Source: a virus. Taken from it: a stretch of DNA of 64,000 nt. The position numbers and the translations under genes were made by a program. The stretch covers positions 1 to 64,000 of IMG/VR virus record IMGVR_UViG_3300042914_003164. One strand, written 5' to 3'. The notes under the pieces are model-generated. The model was not told where the DNA came from and did not search any database. It saw only the letters and a list, made by a program, of their open reading frames with translations. Below are positions 8,153-16,739 of the stretch, in pieces (the first letter of the stretch is position 1; every line of letters begins with the position of its first letter).

Positions 8153-8656
8153 TTCACTATCCCGCACGTTATACTTTGCAGGTTGCGCTTTGCAGTATGT
8201 AGCTCACACTATGTAGCGTCTAGTCTGAGGTTCAGGCTTTACACTTTATGGGCTGCAGGTTGCAGGCTACAGGCTAACCTTAAGGACCAGACTTTATAGT
8301 AAGCAAGTTATACTCCAAGGCCTGCAGATCGCAGGCTGTAAACTATAGTTCACTATCCCGCCAGGTATAACTTAATAGGAGAGAATCAGACTTTATAGGT
8401 TCCTGCCTGCACTGACAGACTAGGTGCAGGCTTCTGTAGGTTTGCTGCCGGTAGTTTGGAGCCTGCCGGCTAACCTTAAAGGCTGGAGAATGCGCGAGCT
8501 TAGGTGATGCCAACCGCTCACACTTTGTAGGTTTGGCGGTGATAAAGCGTAGGCTTGGGTTTGCGACACTTTGCTAATTATCGTAGATTCTGGCCGCAGC
8601 AGCTGAGACTTTATAGGTTAACTGTCTGCAGAATCTACAATTGATCAAACCTTGAA

Positions 8657-8728
8657 TGTTACGGTTCCGTAACAATTGGGCGGATTTGGGCTGATAGGTT
8701 GCCAGTTGGCCGACTTTGCGCTTAAGAT
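8657..8728 (+). promoter_or_regulatory. palindrome plus sigma70-like promoter
   Basis: TGTTACGG-tt-CCGTAACA (8657-8674); TTGCCA-N18-TAAGAT (8699-8728). Confidence 0.45.
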
Positions 8729-8780
8729 ACTTTCAAGCGATCGGACCCAAACCTTTAAACCGACCGCCCCCCCTAGGATC

Positions 8781-9419
8781 ATGACAAGCGCCAACCAAAA
8801 GCCCGCACCTAACCAAAAGGGCGGACCCGTCAAGATTGGACAAGCAGATGTTGAACTGCTGGCGTCCGGTGATTTTGCCGCCGCGCTTGCTGCCGCAGTG
8901 TGGGAGCCTCCTGCCCGTGACAAGGCCAGCAAGGGCAGCGGAGACGGCAAGCGCGCTGCGATGCCGATCCTATGGCCAGAGGCCATCAGGACCGCTGCTA
9001 ACGCCCTACAGCCCCCCATGGAACTGCCAGACCAATTCCCGAGCGGTAAGGCCAAGATGCCCGGACAATTGGCGTCGTTCCCCAGCAAGGAAGCGATCAT
9101 AAATGGTTGCCTTGATCGCCCAATTCCGGCCAAGTTGGAGAAACGAACAGACGTGCAACTAGCGCTATTGCTTGACGTTGCACATGGTAAGTACGGGGCC
9201 TTCCGTTTTCCTGCCATGTCTGAGGGTTTCAGACTTCCGCTTGCAAACTTGCTGGAGATCCTGAAGCGCCACCCCAGAACATATAAAGAGAATGTAGCGA
9301 TGCAAAAGCTGCACAACTCCGGCGCAACTTGCCTTATGGCTAAGATCGCAAAAGTTACCGGGCGGATTGTTGCCATGGATCCCGACTTCCAACTTTATCT
9401 GATAGACACTGAATCCTGA
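8781..9419 (+). CDS. hypothetical protein, stand-alone unit between heptamer arrays
   Basis: AGGA-TC-ATG at 8781; own promoter and terminator. Confidence 0.65.
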   Translation: MTSANQKPAPNQKGGPVKIGQADVELLASGDFAAALAAAVWEPPARDKASKGSGDGKRAAMPILWPEAIRTAANALQPPMELPDQFPSGKAKMPGQLASFPSKEAIINGCLDRPIPAKLEKRTDVQLALLLDVAHGKYGAFRFPAMSEGFRLPLANLLEILKRHPRTYKENVAMQKLHNSGATCLMAKIAKVTGRIVAMDPDFQLYLIDTES

Positions 9420-9504
9420 ATCTATACTTTGCCCTTTGCAAGTTGCCTATGGTTTAAACTAGTGGTTTCGATAGCTTAATGGTCTGTCCAAGTAAAGAGG
9501 TTTC

Positions 9505-9534
9505 AAGGCTAGGCTTTATCGCCTGGCCTTTTTT
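9505..9534 (+). terminator. rho-independent terminator
   Basis: AAGGCTAGGC-tttatc-GCCTGGCCTT then T-run. Confidence 0.8.
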
Positions 9535-9539
9535 GTGTC

Positions 9540-9616
9540 TTTATACTTTATACTTTACAGGCTACACTTTACAGGTAATAAGCTACACCTGGGGGCCTAT
9601 ACTTTGCAGGTTATAT
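9540..9616 (+). repeat. second phased heptamer array
   Basis: tttatac tttatac tttacag gctacac tttacag (gtaataa) gctacac (ctggggg) cctatac tttgcag (gttatat). Confidence 0.8.
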
Positions 9617-9817
9617 GTTATGGGGGGTGGGGGAGATTGTGAGGTGTAGTTACTCACCCCCCACTCCTGAAATTTTTTTTCAATACCAGCCTCAAAGCAC
9701 TTTACAAATCATACACTTACCACTCCCCCTGAAATTTTTTTTCATTCCCCATCCAGAACACCTTACAACTTATTTACTTACAGCTCCCATAATTTTACTC
9801 CCTATCCCAAGCCGACA

Positions 9818-10027
9818 CTAATCAGAGATTCGCTTCCAGTTCCTTACGTTTAAGGTGTCAAGCGGAATGAACAGTCCCCATTCGACATAGGAATGACGAA
9901 ATGTACCACCAGATGGAAGATGAATGGAACAGGCAAGCCTTTGCGGACCAAGTATCTGTTCCCATCGCCGCAACTCCCACTGCTCAGGCGTGACATCGGC
10001 AGGTTTTGCAAGGTTGTCTCTTGGCAT
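9818..10027 (-). CDS. hypothetical protein
   Basis: Last gene of - strand block. Confidence 0.5.
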   Translation of the reverse strand: MPRDNLAKPADVTPEQWELRRWEQILGPQRLACSIHLPSGGTFRHSYVEWGLFIPLDTLNVRNWKRISD

Positions 10028-10047
10028 ACTGACTCAACCTATCAAGC

Positions 10048-10524
10048 TCAAAAGCCGCGCACAGTCACAGGTGGCGACTTTGCAGCAAAAGCAATAATAG
10101 CTTCAATGAACTCACTCCATTCTTCAGTTGTAAATTCCATCTCACCCATCTGCTGCCCGCTTTCACAGAGGCCGTAACCATCAAACTTGATTGGTCTGGT
10201 ATCATCACTCCACCAAGGATACCTAATGGAGGAACCCCACGAAAGCTTGCCCTGGAAAAACGGCATATTACACATAATGAGATACCACTTGTAGTCCTGC
10301 TCGTCTTTGATCAGCTCGCGAGTCGTTTTATTATTTATGGCACTACACACCTTAAGAGCGTAAAGCGCAAAGCATTCCGAAATCTCAGAATCGTATGTCG
10401 TGAAGTCGAAAACATGATCAGAAAGGAACTCCAAGCGGGAGTATTCCTCATCCTCAGACTCACGATGTTCGCGGAAAAGCCTGTATCCAGCCTCAAGGGC
10501 TGACAGATACCTCTCTTTTGTCAT
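10048..10524 (-). CDS. hypothetical protein
   Basis: Coupled ORF; 'FDFTTYDSE' motif. Confidence 0.65.
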   Translation of the reverse strand: MTKERYLSALEAGYRLFREHRESEDEEYSRLEFLSDHVFDFTTYDSEISECFALYALKVCSAINNKTTRELIKDEQDYKWYLIMCNMPFFQGKLSWGSSIRYPWWSDDTRPIKFDGYGLCESGQQMGEMEFTTEEWSEFIEAIIAFAAKSPPVTVRGF

Positions 10525-10697
10525 TGAACCACCCAAGAGAAAATTGAAGAAAGAAAAGACCCGTGATCATGGAAAAAAGTAAGGGCAAGGAGCACGAGCC
10601 AGGCGATGATCATCCGCTTCTGGAAGGGCTTGTCCTCGGAGGACGCCTGTGCTGTCCAAATACTCAGCACAATTAAGCAAAGATCGGAATTCGTCAT
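10521..10697 (-). CDS. small membrane protein
   Basis: Hydrophobic stretches; ATGA coupling. Confidence 0.45.
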   Translation of the reverse strand: MTNSDLCLIVLSIWTAQASSEDKPFQKRMIIAWLVLLALTFFHDHGSFLSSIFSWVVQ

Positions 10698-10741
10698 TTG
10701 TCGTTGTAGTCGGCAAGGTCTGAAGGGGTGGTCATTGCAGC

Positions 10742-10999
10742 CTACCACGAAACCCCAAGATTGTCCGCATTGCCCCTGCAAGCGAGCGATGGCGTTTCAT
10801 GACAGAACCACTGCTTTGAGTAAGAAAGCTGCTCCTCCTTGCCAGCAAGACGCAGTGCTTCGCTGTATTGACGATAGAATCCGCAAGTAACAGCACAGTC
10901 GCCGCAGGGTTTCGCTCGAAGAGGTCGTGGATGAAGTGCTGGACGTTGACGCATCTCCTGCAAGACCTCCTGCTGCTCGGTCTCGTCAAAAATGCTCAT
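10742..10999 (-). CDS. small Cys-rich (CxxC..CH..C) metal-binding protein
   Basis: KPCGDC ... WFCHE ... ACRG. Confidence 0.55.
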   Translation of the reverse strand: MSIFDETEQQEVLQEMRQRPALHPRPLRAKPCGDCAVTCGFYRQYSEALRLAGKEEQLSYSKQWFCHETPSLACRGNADNLGVSW

Positions 11000-11250
11000 G
11001 GTTTTGCATCCTTTTTGGTCTGGGCAGTCTTCATGTAATAGTCCAAGCATCCTGACATGGCATCTAGCGCCTCACCTGCTGTTTTATAGCCGAACCAGAA
11101 AGATTCAAATAGTGGCTTGCCGTTGCAATCGGTGACTAAAAAGGTCCATCTAGCGTGCCACTCTCCATCGCTGCGCTTTGTGGAATCCTTCAGTGTTACG
11201 CTACAGCCGGGGATTTGTTTTTTCAGTTTCTCAAGAAATTCTTCACTCAT
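10996..11250 (-). CDS. hypothetical protein
   Basis: ATGA coupling. Confidence 0.55.
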   Translation of the reverse strand: MSEEFLEKLKKQIPGCSVTLKDSTKRSDGEWHARWTFLVTDCNGKPLFESFWFGYKTAGEALDAMSGCLDYYMKTAQTKKDAKP

Positions 11251-11284
11251 GATTCCGTATCCTCTTGGGTTGTGTGCGTGGCGA

Positions 11285-12505
11285 TCACCCTTTTACGCAT
11301 AGCACCTGCCTAAGGGTGTGTCGAATTTCCACGAGGTCGTCTTGCGCGGCCATCACGGAATCAATGTCTTTATAGGCAGCGGGAGTTTCATCAATAACCC
11401 CTTCGTCCTTTCTGCATTCCACGCCTGCCGTGGCGGCAATGTGATCCTCTACGGTAAACCTGCGCTTCGCCTCTCTCCGGCCCATCACGCGACCAGCGCC
11501 GTGAGAGCAGGAGCAGAACGATTCGCGGTTGCCTTTACCGGCAACGATGAAGCTTTTGGCGCCCATGCTGCCGGGAATGATCCCTAGCTGACCCTTCCTA
11601 GCGGAGACGGCACCCTTGCGGGTCAGCATCACTTCAGCGCCAAAATGACACTCGCGAGCCACATAGTTGTGATGACAGTTTACAGCTTCGCAATCGCAAT
11701 GAAATGGCTTGGGAACGGCTTTTTTTAAGGCCGTGATGGCCGCCTGCATCATCAGGTAGCGATTTAGCCTGGCATAGTCCTGTGCCCAGTCAACGGCTTC
11801 AACGTAATCATCAAACAGCTCGCTTCCTTCTGCCAGGTAGGCAAGGTCGCGGTCGGGCAAGTTGATGAAGTGCCGCTCCATTTCCTTGCGGGCGCGATCA
11901 ATAAAATAGGTGCCAATGCGGTTGCCGATACCACGGCTACCCGAGTGCAGCATCACCCAGACGCGCTGATCTTCGTCAAGGCAGACCTCAACAAAGTGGT
12001 TGCCTCCGCCCAGCGTGCCGGCATGGATCGCGGCGCGGTTAGCGGCTTTTCCGATGGGTGCGTGCTTGGCAACAATGTCGCTCAGGCGCGGCTGGAGCAA
12101 AGCCACAGCGTCAAGAGCATAAGCCGGCGGATCCTTGTGGGCGCCCTGATCACCGGGTCCCCCGTCATTAGTCCTGCCATGGGGGATGGCCGCCTCGATT
12201 GCGCTGCGCAATGGTCCCAGGTCGTCAGGCAGGTCGTCAGCGGTCAGTGTTGTGCGCTGAGCGCTCATGCCACATCCAATGTCAACGCCAACCGCAGCAG
12301 GGATAATTGCACCCTTTGTGGCGATCACCGAGCCAATGGTGGCGCCCATCCCCCAGTGGACATCGGGCATGGCTGCAACGTGGTGGTGAATGAATGGCAG
12401 CTCGGCCAGATTGCGAAGTTGCTGCAGCGCCTTGTCCTCAACGGGAACACCTTGAACCCATGCCTTGATGGGGGCTCCAGACGTGGGAAAAAACAGTGGA
12501 TCCAT
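11285..12505 (-). CDS. rtcB: RtcB-family 3'-phosphate/5'-OH RNA ligase
   Basis: Signature motifs MPDVH, VGVDIGCGM, GGGNHF, HSGSRG, HHNY, PGSM, SCSHGAGR, C-terminal VKG. Confidence 0.95.
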   Translation of the reverse strand: MDPLFFPTSGAPIKAWVQGVPVEDKALQQLRNLAELPFIHHHVAAMPDVHWGMGATIGSVIATKGAIIPAAVGVDIGCGMSAQRTTLTADDLPDDLGPLRSAIEAAIPHGRTNDGGPGDQGAHKDPPAYALDAVALLQPRLSDIVAKHAPIGKAANRAAIHAGTLGGGNHFVEVCLDEDQRVWVMLHSGSRGIGNRIGTYFIDRARKEMERHFINLPDRDLAYLAEGSELFDDYVEAVDWAQDYARLNRYLMMQAAITALKKAVPKPFHCDCEAVNCHHNYVARECHFGAEVMLTRKGAVSARKGQLGIIPGSMGAKSFIVAGKGNRESFCSCSHGAGRVMGRREAKRRFTVEDHIAATAGVECRKDEGVIDETPAAYKDIDSVMAAQDDLVEIRHTLRQVLCVKG

Positions 12506-12567
12506 GATTTGCGTGTGGCGGAGTTGTGGTTATGTATTGAGTGGTGGCAGACTTGCCCCCTATCGCC

Positions 12568-12816
12568 TTAGCCGAGGTGGCGATCTGTATCAGGTGCTGA
12601 CAGGAAAAGGTATGGTGTGGCAGCCTTTGCCACCTGGCTGATTCGCTCGACCATCTCTGCTTGATGATCTAGCAGAATGCGAATGAACTCATCTTGTCTA
12701 ATGCCAGCTCTGACAGCGTTATAGGCAAAGGGATTGTTGAGATAGCGACGCGCCTCGACAGTGTTGATGGTGACGGGCGGCGATTGTTGCTCTTCGGATG
12801 GTGCCATGGCTGTCAA
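12568..12816 (-). CDS. hypothetical protein
   Basis: ORF in - block. Confidence 0.5.
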   Translation of the reverse strand: MTAMAPSEEQQSPPVTINTVEARRYLNNPFAYNAVRAGIRQDEFIRILLDHQAEMVERISQVAKAATPYLFLSAPDTDRHLG

Positions 12817-12833
12817 TGTGTAAATCGGGTTGG

Positions 12834-13022
12834 TTAAACAGGCAGCTTGCTAATGCAGGCAAACATAGCAGAAAGAAAGACTATGGATCCAAAGAATGTG
12901 CCAACGTCAGAATCCAAAGACATTGGAATGCAAACGCAAATTGCCAGGCCAAGGAAGAAAAGAGTAGTCCACAGAAAAGCTACAGCAAAATGGACAAGAA
13001 AATCACGAATAGATTGAATCAT
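12834..13022 (-). CDS. small two-TM membrane protein
   Basis: Two hydrophobic segments; start ATG 13022. Confidence 0.55.
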   Translation of the reverse strand: MIQSIRDFLVHFAVAFLWTTLFFLGLAICVCIPMSLDSDVGTFFGSIVFLSAMFACISKLPV

Positions 13023-13212
13023 TTTTAGTGGGTGGTTGGTTGACAGGAGCCCTTGTGTTTTCGGGAAGCGGCCCAGTCCATATAGTGTGAACTTCGTCAT
13101 ACTCTCGATTTAGCCGCTCCGTATCAAGCCAGTAGTCAAGGATCGTTGGATGGGTGTCAGCCCTGATCTCTCGAATCAGGATTGTCTTTTTTGCGACTGG
13201 GTAGCGAGCCAT
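13003..13212 (-). CDS. hypothetical protein
   Basis: ORF in - block. Confidence 0.55.
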   Translation of the reverse strand: MARYPVAKKTILIREIRADTHPTILDYWLDTERLNREYDEVHTIWTGPLPENTRAPVNQPPTKNDSIYS

Positions 13213-13216
13213 TAAC

Positions 13217-13909
13217 CTAGCTATCGGCGTTGAACATGATCAGTCGCGGGTGCTCGTGAGGATGTCCCGGCACGTTGACGAGAATGTTGAACTCAACAGC
13301 CCCTTCAACAAGCCCTGGCAGCTCACCCCTGTTTCTCATTTTGACAACTAAGCTCCATACTTCGGTTAACATGATTGATTGATCAACGAAAAACTCGCCA
13401 TCACTGTAATACTTGCCGCCCTGCTTGAAGTAGGTGAGCTTGACCGCTAATTTGTTTTTGCTTTCTGGTGGCACGTCCGCGCTGGCCGCATTGCGCACAT
13501 CGCTCGTAAGCAGGAGATCGCATCCGTCATCCGACTTGTTCAGCATCCACGCCTGCTTGGCGGGGTTCGTTGTCCCATCCCCATTGTCAAGCCATACCTC
13601 ATAATCCTCGCCAGCGTTGTTTTTACTTGGCAGAGAGTTGACAATTCTTTTCAGCTCGTCAACTGTTAGCCCGTTTTCTTTGCTGAATGGCCCGTCCGTG
13701 ATGCTGATAGCTGCTGACTGAGCTTCGCTGTTTTCTTGGGGTGGCGTCCAACCAAGCGCCATCAAGGCAAGCCTTATCTGTCGATCCTCGGTTTCAACGA
13801 CCTTCCTGACGGTTTGGCCGATCATGTCTGTGGTTGTTGATTGCACAATTTCCCCGCTTTTGAAAGCCTCCGTCGTAACATGAAAAGATTGGTCTTTGAA
13901 TGGATTCAT
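13217..13909 (-). CDS. hypothetical protein (apparent fusion of small modules)
   Basis: C-terminal 'VKLTYFKQGGKYYSDGE' phage motif. Confidence 0.65.
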   Translation of the reverse strand: MNPFKDQSFHVTTEAFKSGEIVQSTTTDMIGQTVRKVVETEDRQIRLALMALGWTPPQENSEAQSAAISITDGPFSKENGLTVDELKRIVNSLPSKNNAGEDYEVWLDNGDGTTNPAKQAWMLNKSDDGCDLLLTSDVRNAASADVPPESKNKLAVKLTYFKQGGKYYSDGEFFVDQSIMLTEVWSLVVKMRNRGELPGLVEGAVEFNILVNVPGHPHEHPRLIMFNADS

Positions 13910-13936
13910 TTTCTTGAAATGGTGTAAATTGATTTG

Positions 13937-14305
13937 CTATGCGCCGGTTTCCGGCATCTCTGAAAGCATTCGATCGGCTACATGTAGGCTCATCTCGGAG
14001 TCCCTGATCTGACTGTTCAGTATCAAGATTCTCCGCTTTTGCCTAGCGATGTACGAAATTAGCGCTTCTCGTTTGGTTGGATGTGCAAACCGTTTTCTTG
14101 CATCTTTCAGTACAAACTTTTTGCCCATACAATATGGTTGTTTCAGCCAAACACCCTTGGGCGTGTACTTAATGACTCGATACTCAAAGCAACTGAGCCC
14201 AACGTCATAACCACAAGACTCGCTCCACTCGTTGTCAAAGATTCCGGTGCTTTCGCGGAATGCAACATAGCGATACCAGTATTCCTCGTTTGTGTTAGCA
14301 CTCAT
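13937..14305 (-). CDS. hypothetical protein
   Basis: 'VIKYTPKGVWL...KRFAHPTKREALISY' common phage family. Confidence 0.7.
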   Translation of the reverse strand: MSANTNEEYWYRYVAFRESTGIFDNEWSESCGYDVGLSCFEYRVIKYTPKGVWLKQPYCMGKKFVLKDARKRFAHPTKREALISYIARQKRRILILNSQIRDSEMSLHVADRMLSEMPETGA

Positions 14306-14748
14306 CGGTGCAGTTCTGCATAGGGGTGGGGGGCTCCAAAAGAAACAAGCATTTCTACTTTTGCCTCGTCAAGTCGCAAAAGAGCTTCTGACCGCTGAAA
14401 GTCAATTAAGCCTTCACGGGCGGCTTTCTCCTTTTCCCAGGCTAGGGCGTACTTTGACTTGGCCTGAGCAACTTGGCGAGCTAAGTCAATTAAATCACTC
14501 ACTGCGTCGGCCTCAGATTTTTCATCTTCTGAGCGCCAAGCAGTGCGAGACGAAAGGAATTCGACAGCGCCAAAGAGCGCAGTATCAAACTCTGCGGCAA
14601 GATGGATAGCGGCTGCACGCGCTTCTCTTGGTTCGTGCATTGCATCCGCGTGCCGATTACTGGTTTCGTCACAAATCAGCTTTTGTGTAGCTGCTTCATG
14701 CAAGCGTTGCACGAGGCTGGCAACAGCTGCGGGGTGAGGGGCGGACAT
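14302..14748 (-). CDS. hypothetical coiled-coil protein
   Basis: ATGA coupling. Confidence 0.6.
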   Translation of the reverse strand: MSAPHPAAVASLVQRLHEAATQKLICDETSNRHADAMHEPREARAAAIHLAAEFDTALFGAVEFLSSRTAWRSEDEKSEADAVSDLIDLARQVAQAKSKYALAWEKEKAAREGLIDFQRSEALLRLDEAKVEMLVSFGAPHPYAELHR

Positions 14749-14826
14749 GGAAGGTAGAGTACAGCGAGAACTTGCCGGTAACGACGACTAGGCGAATGCC
14801 GGATGGGCTCCGGCGGGCCGCAGGAG

Positions 14827-15186
14827 TTAGTAAAAAATCGGTCCTCCTATGTCAAAGGTAACTCCTATCCGATTCATATCTGCTATGGTCAACGCCTCTA
14901 TCAATCCATTCCTGATCCATACGCCATAAGCACTTATACCAGGACTGGTTTCAAAGTCTCTAATATACTCGGGTAAGCTTAAAAACAGCGCCAATCCTTC
15001 GCCAAACCAACGAAGAAGCTCCCTGGGCCGATCCCTGGACTGATCAGCTTTTGTCCAATACTGAATAATTTGGTCAAACACCTCCAGATCACTTTGATTT
15101 CTGAAGCTTATTAGACTCCTTGTAACAACAAGTGACTTAAAGGCCGGGTTAATCCAGTTTGGCATTGGGGATTCTGAGTTTTGCAT
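14827..15186 (-). CDS. hypothetical protein
   Basis: AT-richer ORF. Confidence 0.55.
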   Translation of the reverse strand: MQNSESPMPNWINPAFKSLVVTRSLISFRNQSDLEVFDQIIQYWTKADQSRDRPRELLRWFGEGLALFLSLPEYIRDFETSPGISAYGVWIRNGLIEALTIADMNRIGVTFDIGGPIFY

Positions 15187-15314
15187 GGTATGGTTGGGGT
15201 AAAGGCAGGGGGCGCCCTGAAAATCAGGATCAAGCCAATCCTAACTCTTTTTTGTTAATGGGTCAAGGCTGTTGCAATGGTCCCACTGATCTCAACATGA
15301 GAATCAGTCCTTGC

Positions 15315-15518
15315 TCAGCGGTCGAGGGATGCCCTCCTGTGCAGCGCGATAACCTGCCTGGCCATCTCGATTGTTGGACTGGTATTACAGTCAGTGCCAG
15401 AGCTGCACGGGTCGCATTGCAGCCAGAATGGCGACCACCACGGCTTGAACTGGGCTTCGTAGCCAGCCCAGCGATCTGGAACTACCCTGTAGCGAGTTGA
15501 AAACAGCTTGAGTTTCAT
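15315..15518 (-). CDS. hypothetical protein, paralog of 17983-18231
   Basis: TRYRVV.D...G..A...PWWS..W..CD...NTS.T.E.AR shared. Confidence 0.7.
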   Translation of the reverse strand: MKLKLFSTRYRVVPDRWAGYEAQFKPWWSPFWLQCDPCSSGTDCNTSPTIEMARQVIALHRRASLDR

Positions 15519-15973
15519 CGTTGTGAATTGCGGGCGGCTGCAATAGCTTCTTGTTTGCGAGCGCGGTACTCTTCAAGGCTTTGACTGCTGAAAGCCAGGC
15601 TCTGTTGCTTCTCTGCGCTTAACGGGTGGTGGTCGATCCACTTCGTTATTCGACCACTGGGCGTATTCATTGCATCCACGCATTCAACATGCCTGTCAAT
15701 CTCGTAGTAAAAACCTGGAACCTGTACCGCAAACGCTTGAACTGGGCTTCCACCCAGATGCGTTAACGTCTTAGTGGCTGATTTGCTGATAATCGGCATA
15801 CCGAGTGGCCTCCAGGCCCAGCTAGACCCCCTGCTAACTGAGCCAACCCTTGCACTAGAGAAGTTCCAATAACAACACACTCCGTTTTCAATGAAAACTT
15901 CCCCGCGATGCGGAACCGCCTTGTATTGACTTTCTGTGTGGAGCACTGCTTCTGGCATTGAAGGAGATGTCAT
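15515..15973 (-). CDS. hypothetical protein
   Basis: ATGA coupling. Confidence 0.6.
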   Translation of the reverse strand: MTSPSMPEAVLHTESQYKAVPHRGEVFIENGVCCYWNFSSARVGSVSRGSSWAWRPLGMPIISKSATKTLTHLGGSPVQAFAVQVPGFYYEIDRHVECVDAMNTPSGRITKWIDHHPLSAEKQQSLAFSSQSLEEYRARKQEAIAAARNSQR

Positions 15974-16011
15974 GGTTTTACGAAAGAGAGATTGGAATTG
16001 GCGTCGGGCTA

Positions 16012-16163
16012 TTATAAATTTTGTCTAACTACCTTGCCACATTTTTGCAGCGAAGGTGATACCAGTCGTTAACCGAGTCGCGCCCCTATGGCAGGCGCCC
16101 AGTTTTAATGATTTCCCATTCGTGTACGTGGCCGTAAATCAACAGCCGAAAAAGTGCGATCAT
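16012..16163 (-). pseudogene. broken small zinc-ribbon gene
   Basis: MIALFRLLIYGHVHEWEIIKTGRLP*GRDSVNDWYHLRCK, then a frame change in an A5 run gives KCGKVVRQNL*. Confidence 0.55.
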
Positions 16164-16190
16164 TGATTTTCCTCGGGTGGTGGGGTGAAA

Positions 16191-16739
16191 TCAAGAGTTT
16201 GCTGTTTGATCGCTTTCGGCGAGGCGGCTGCTGAGTTCGTACCGGTATCTAAGGTCGTTTACCTCTTGCTGGTTCTGCTTTATCCGACCCCGTAGCACCC
16301 TCAATCGAGACTCAATGTCATCAGCGCATTGCACTATGCCATCCCAGTCATAGGAGTCTGCCGCCTGATCGCCTTCGGCGATGCGGCTGCTGAGTTCGCA
16401 AAGAGCGTTTACCTCTTGCTGGTCCTGCTCCATCCGACCCAGTAGCAACCTCAATCGAGGCAAAATGTCGTCAGCGCACCGCACTATGCCATCCCAGTCA
16501 GAAGAGGCGCTGTTGTGCTGGTCTTGGAGGCGTTGGCGGGCTTTTGCGTAGGATCTATTAGTAGCTTCCTGGATTGCAAATCCAGCCGCCAGCACAGAAG
16601 GTATAAATACACAGGCAAATGCGGCTATTTGCACTGGCTTGTTGTCTTGGGCAAGAATTATGACAGAAAAACTGGCTATCATGCCAAAATTGATAAGCAG
16701 CAAGCGCTTGTCTAAAAAATCATACAGCTTGTCTTTCAT
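16191..16739 (-). CDS. membrane protein with internal tandem duplication
   Basis: Two TM helices then two copies of DWDGIV.CADDI..RLR.L.GR..Q.QQEVN.L. Confidence 0.7.
   Translation of the reverse strand: MKDKLYDFLDKRLLLINFGMIASFSVIILAQDNKPVQIAAFACVFIPSVLAAGFAIQEATNRSYAKARQRLQDQHNSASSDWDGIVRCADDILPRLRLLLGRMEQDQQEVNALCELSSRIAEGDQAADSYDWDGIVQCADDIESRLRVLRGRIKQNQQEVNDLRYRYELSSRLAESDQTANS

Noticed and set aside
16084-16090. Amber (TAG) recoding suggested by the in-frame TAG
   Set aside because: Many clear genes end in TAG (e.g. 38823, 45531, 60264), long genes are uninterrupted, and this ORF also has a frameshift.
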